In this document: positions 62,984 through 64,000 of the stretch, in pieces | How the letters are laid out: each line of letters opens with the position of its first letter | Position numbering within the stretch: position 1 is the stretch's first letter | Assembly (NCBI GenBank): GCA_963745075.1 | Contig: CAVUWV010000011.1 | Coordinates: forward strand, 1 to 64,000 | Length of the DNA stretch: 64,000 nucleotides | Direction of reading: 5' to 3' | Origin: Candidatus Hydrogenedentota bacterium | GTDB taxonomy: Bacteria > Hydrogenedentota > Hydrogenedentia > Hydrogenedentales > SLHB01 | The notes under the pieces: generated by a model | Told to the model about the DNA's origin: nothing | Seen by the model: only the letters and a program-made list of their open reading frames with translations | The model's database searches: none | Translations under genes and position numbers: made by a program

Positions 62984-64000
62984 TTACCAGACGAAATACG
63001 CACCATACGCGGCGAGTGCCCAGCATGCAAACGCGCCCAGTAGCGCGGCACGAATGACTCGCCTACGACCTAACACATCGAATCCCGCCGCGCCGAGTAC
63101 GGCGAAACACGGCAACAGCCCCGTCATGTAACTGGATTTCACCACGCAGTAGTACGGGACCGTCGCGAACGTGTACAGAATACCCGCGAGAAAGGTCGCG
63201 ACGCACACGGTCGAGAGGATCAATGCGCGACGCTCCCTACTCCGTCCAAACGTGCGACATGCGCCGGCGAGCAGCATGGCCGTGGGGACCATTCCGAGCC
63301 ACACGCCGGGAAGCATCAGCCGGTAGTTCCATGGTGGGCGCTTCTCGTAGTCCAATGCGGCGCTGAGCAGGCCGTCGGACCAGAACGTGGCATAGAGCCC
63401 GTCCCAGAAGCCGTTCATGTTCGCGCAAACGGGATGGAACAAGGCCGCGCCGAAAGTAGCGAATTGATGCAGCGTACGGTAGCCGGGGTCCTGCCACCAG
63501 ATGATGCCGCGTTCCGGTTCCCAGCCGCCGTAGAACGGCTTGCCGATCAGAATCCAGTTGCGGATGAAATACCATCCTGCAACGACGAACGCGACCCCGA
63601 AGATGACGGCCGCGCCCTTCAAGGCCCTTCGTAGTCGCTTCTCTGTGGACGCGTATGCACGTACGGCCAGCGTATACACTATCCCGGGCCCCAGCAGCAC
63701 GGCGGTGACTTTGCTCAAGAGGGCGCATCCCCATGCGATTCCCGTGGCAGCAAGGGTACGCCGGTCCGGTCCCTGCCCGGGGTACAAATGGTGGAGAAGC
63801 AGAACGACGGTCACCCCCCCGAACACGCCGCTGAATGATTCGTTGCCGAGGTACTGTGACACGTAGATGTGGAGCGGCAGCAACGCGCCGAGTGTGGTTC
63901 CGAAGATTTGAAGGCCGGGCCGCTCATTCCATACCAGCCGCACGGCGCGGTAGCAGAGTTCGATGTGAAGCGCTCCGCATATAACGGGGACGATCCGCAG
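62984..64000 (-). CDS. Polytopic membrane glycosyltransferase (GT-C, ArnT/PMT-like), 5' truncated
   Basis: Frame open to the window edge; many TM helices; YLGNE, GCALLSK, GWYFIRNW motifs typical of GT39/83-like proteins. Confidence 0.7.
   Translation of the reverse strand: MRIVPVICGALHIELCYRAVRLVWNERPGLQIFGTTLGALLPLHIYVSQYLGNESFSGVFGGVTVVLLLHHLYPGQGPDRRTLAATGIAWGCALLSKVTAVLLGPGIVYTLAVRAYASTEKRLRRALKGAAVIFGVAFVVAGWYFIRNWILIGKPFYGGWEPERGIIWWQDPGYRTLHQFATFGAALFHPVCANMNGFWDGLYATFWSDGLLSAALDYEKRPPWNYRLMLPGVWLGMVPTAMLLAGACRTFGRSRERRALILSTVCVATFLAGILYTFATVPYYCVVKSSYMTGLLPCFAVLGAAGFDVLGRRRVIRAALLGAFACWALAAYGAYFVW

Overview
A GC-rich (roughly 60-65% by eye) bacterial chromosomal window. The DUF1559/H-X9-DG prepilin-like gene containing [18 protein letters not shown] and the ECF sigma factor fused to extracytoplasmic beta-sandwich repeats suggest Hydrogenedentota or a PVC-like lineage (inference). 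Contents in order: Hsp20 3' end; transmembrane ECF sigma factor; DegT aminotransferase; secreted propeller protein; TetR-iorA-iorB-paaK-ACT aromatic-acid locus with a perfect operator palindrome; tgt-yajC-secDF; Tat sulfatase; PAC2 - active HtrA - degenerate HtrA - TPR lipoprotein cluster; a ~1170-aa FG-GAP/PQQ-propeller protein split into 5 ORFs; two tandem esterases; a ~13.5-kb surface-glycan/ABC/CDF gene run ending in asnB; phosphodiesterase, GT4 and GNATs; metH plus a [2Fe-2S] ferredoxin; sialidase-like and GH-like secreted proteins; MFS; two PhyH dioxygenases; AhpD-like protein; hydrolase; partial GT-C membrane protein. About ten apparent frameshifts, nearly all resolved by deleting one base, most likely reflect sequencing error. 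Several REP-like palindromes sit in intergenic regions. I saw no CRISPR array, rRNA, tRNA, transposase, integrase or phage gene. The best candidate for an undescribed system is the coupled active plus pseudo-protease HtrA pair flanked by PAC2 and TPR genes.
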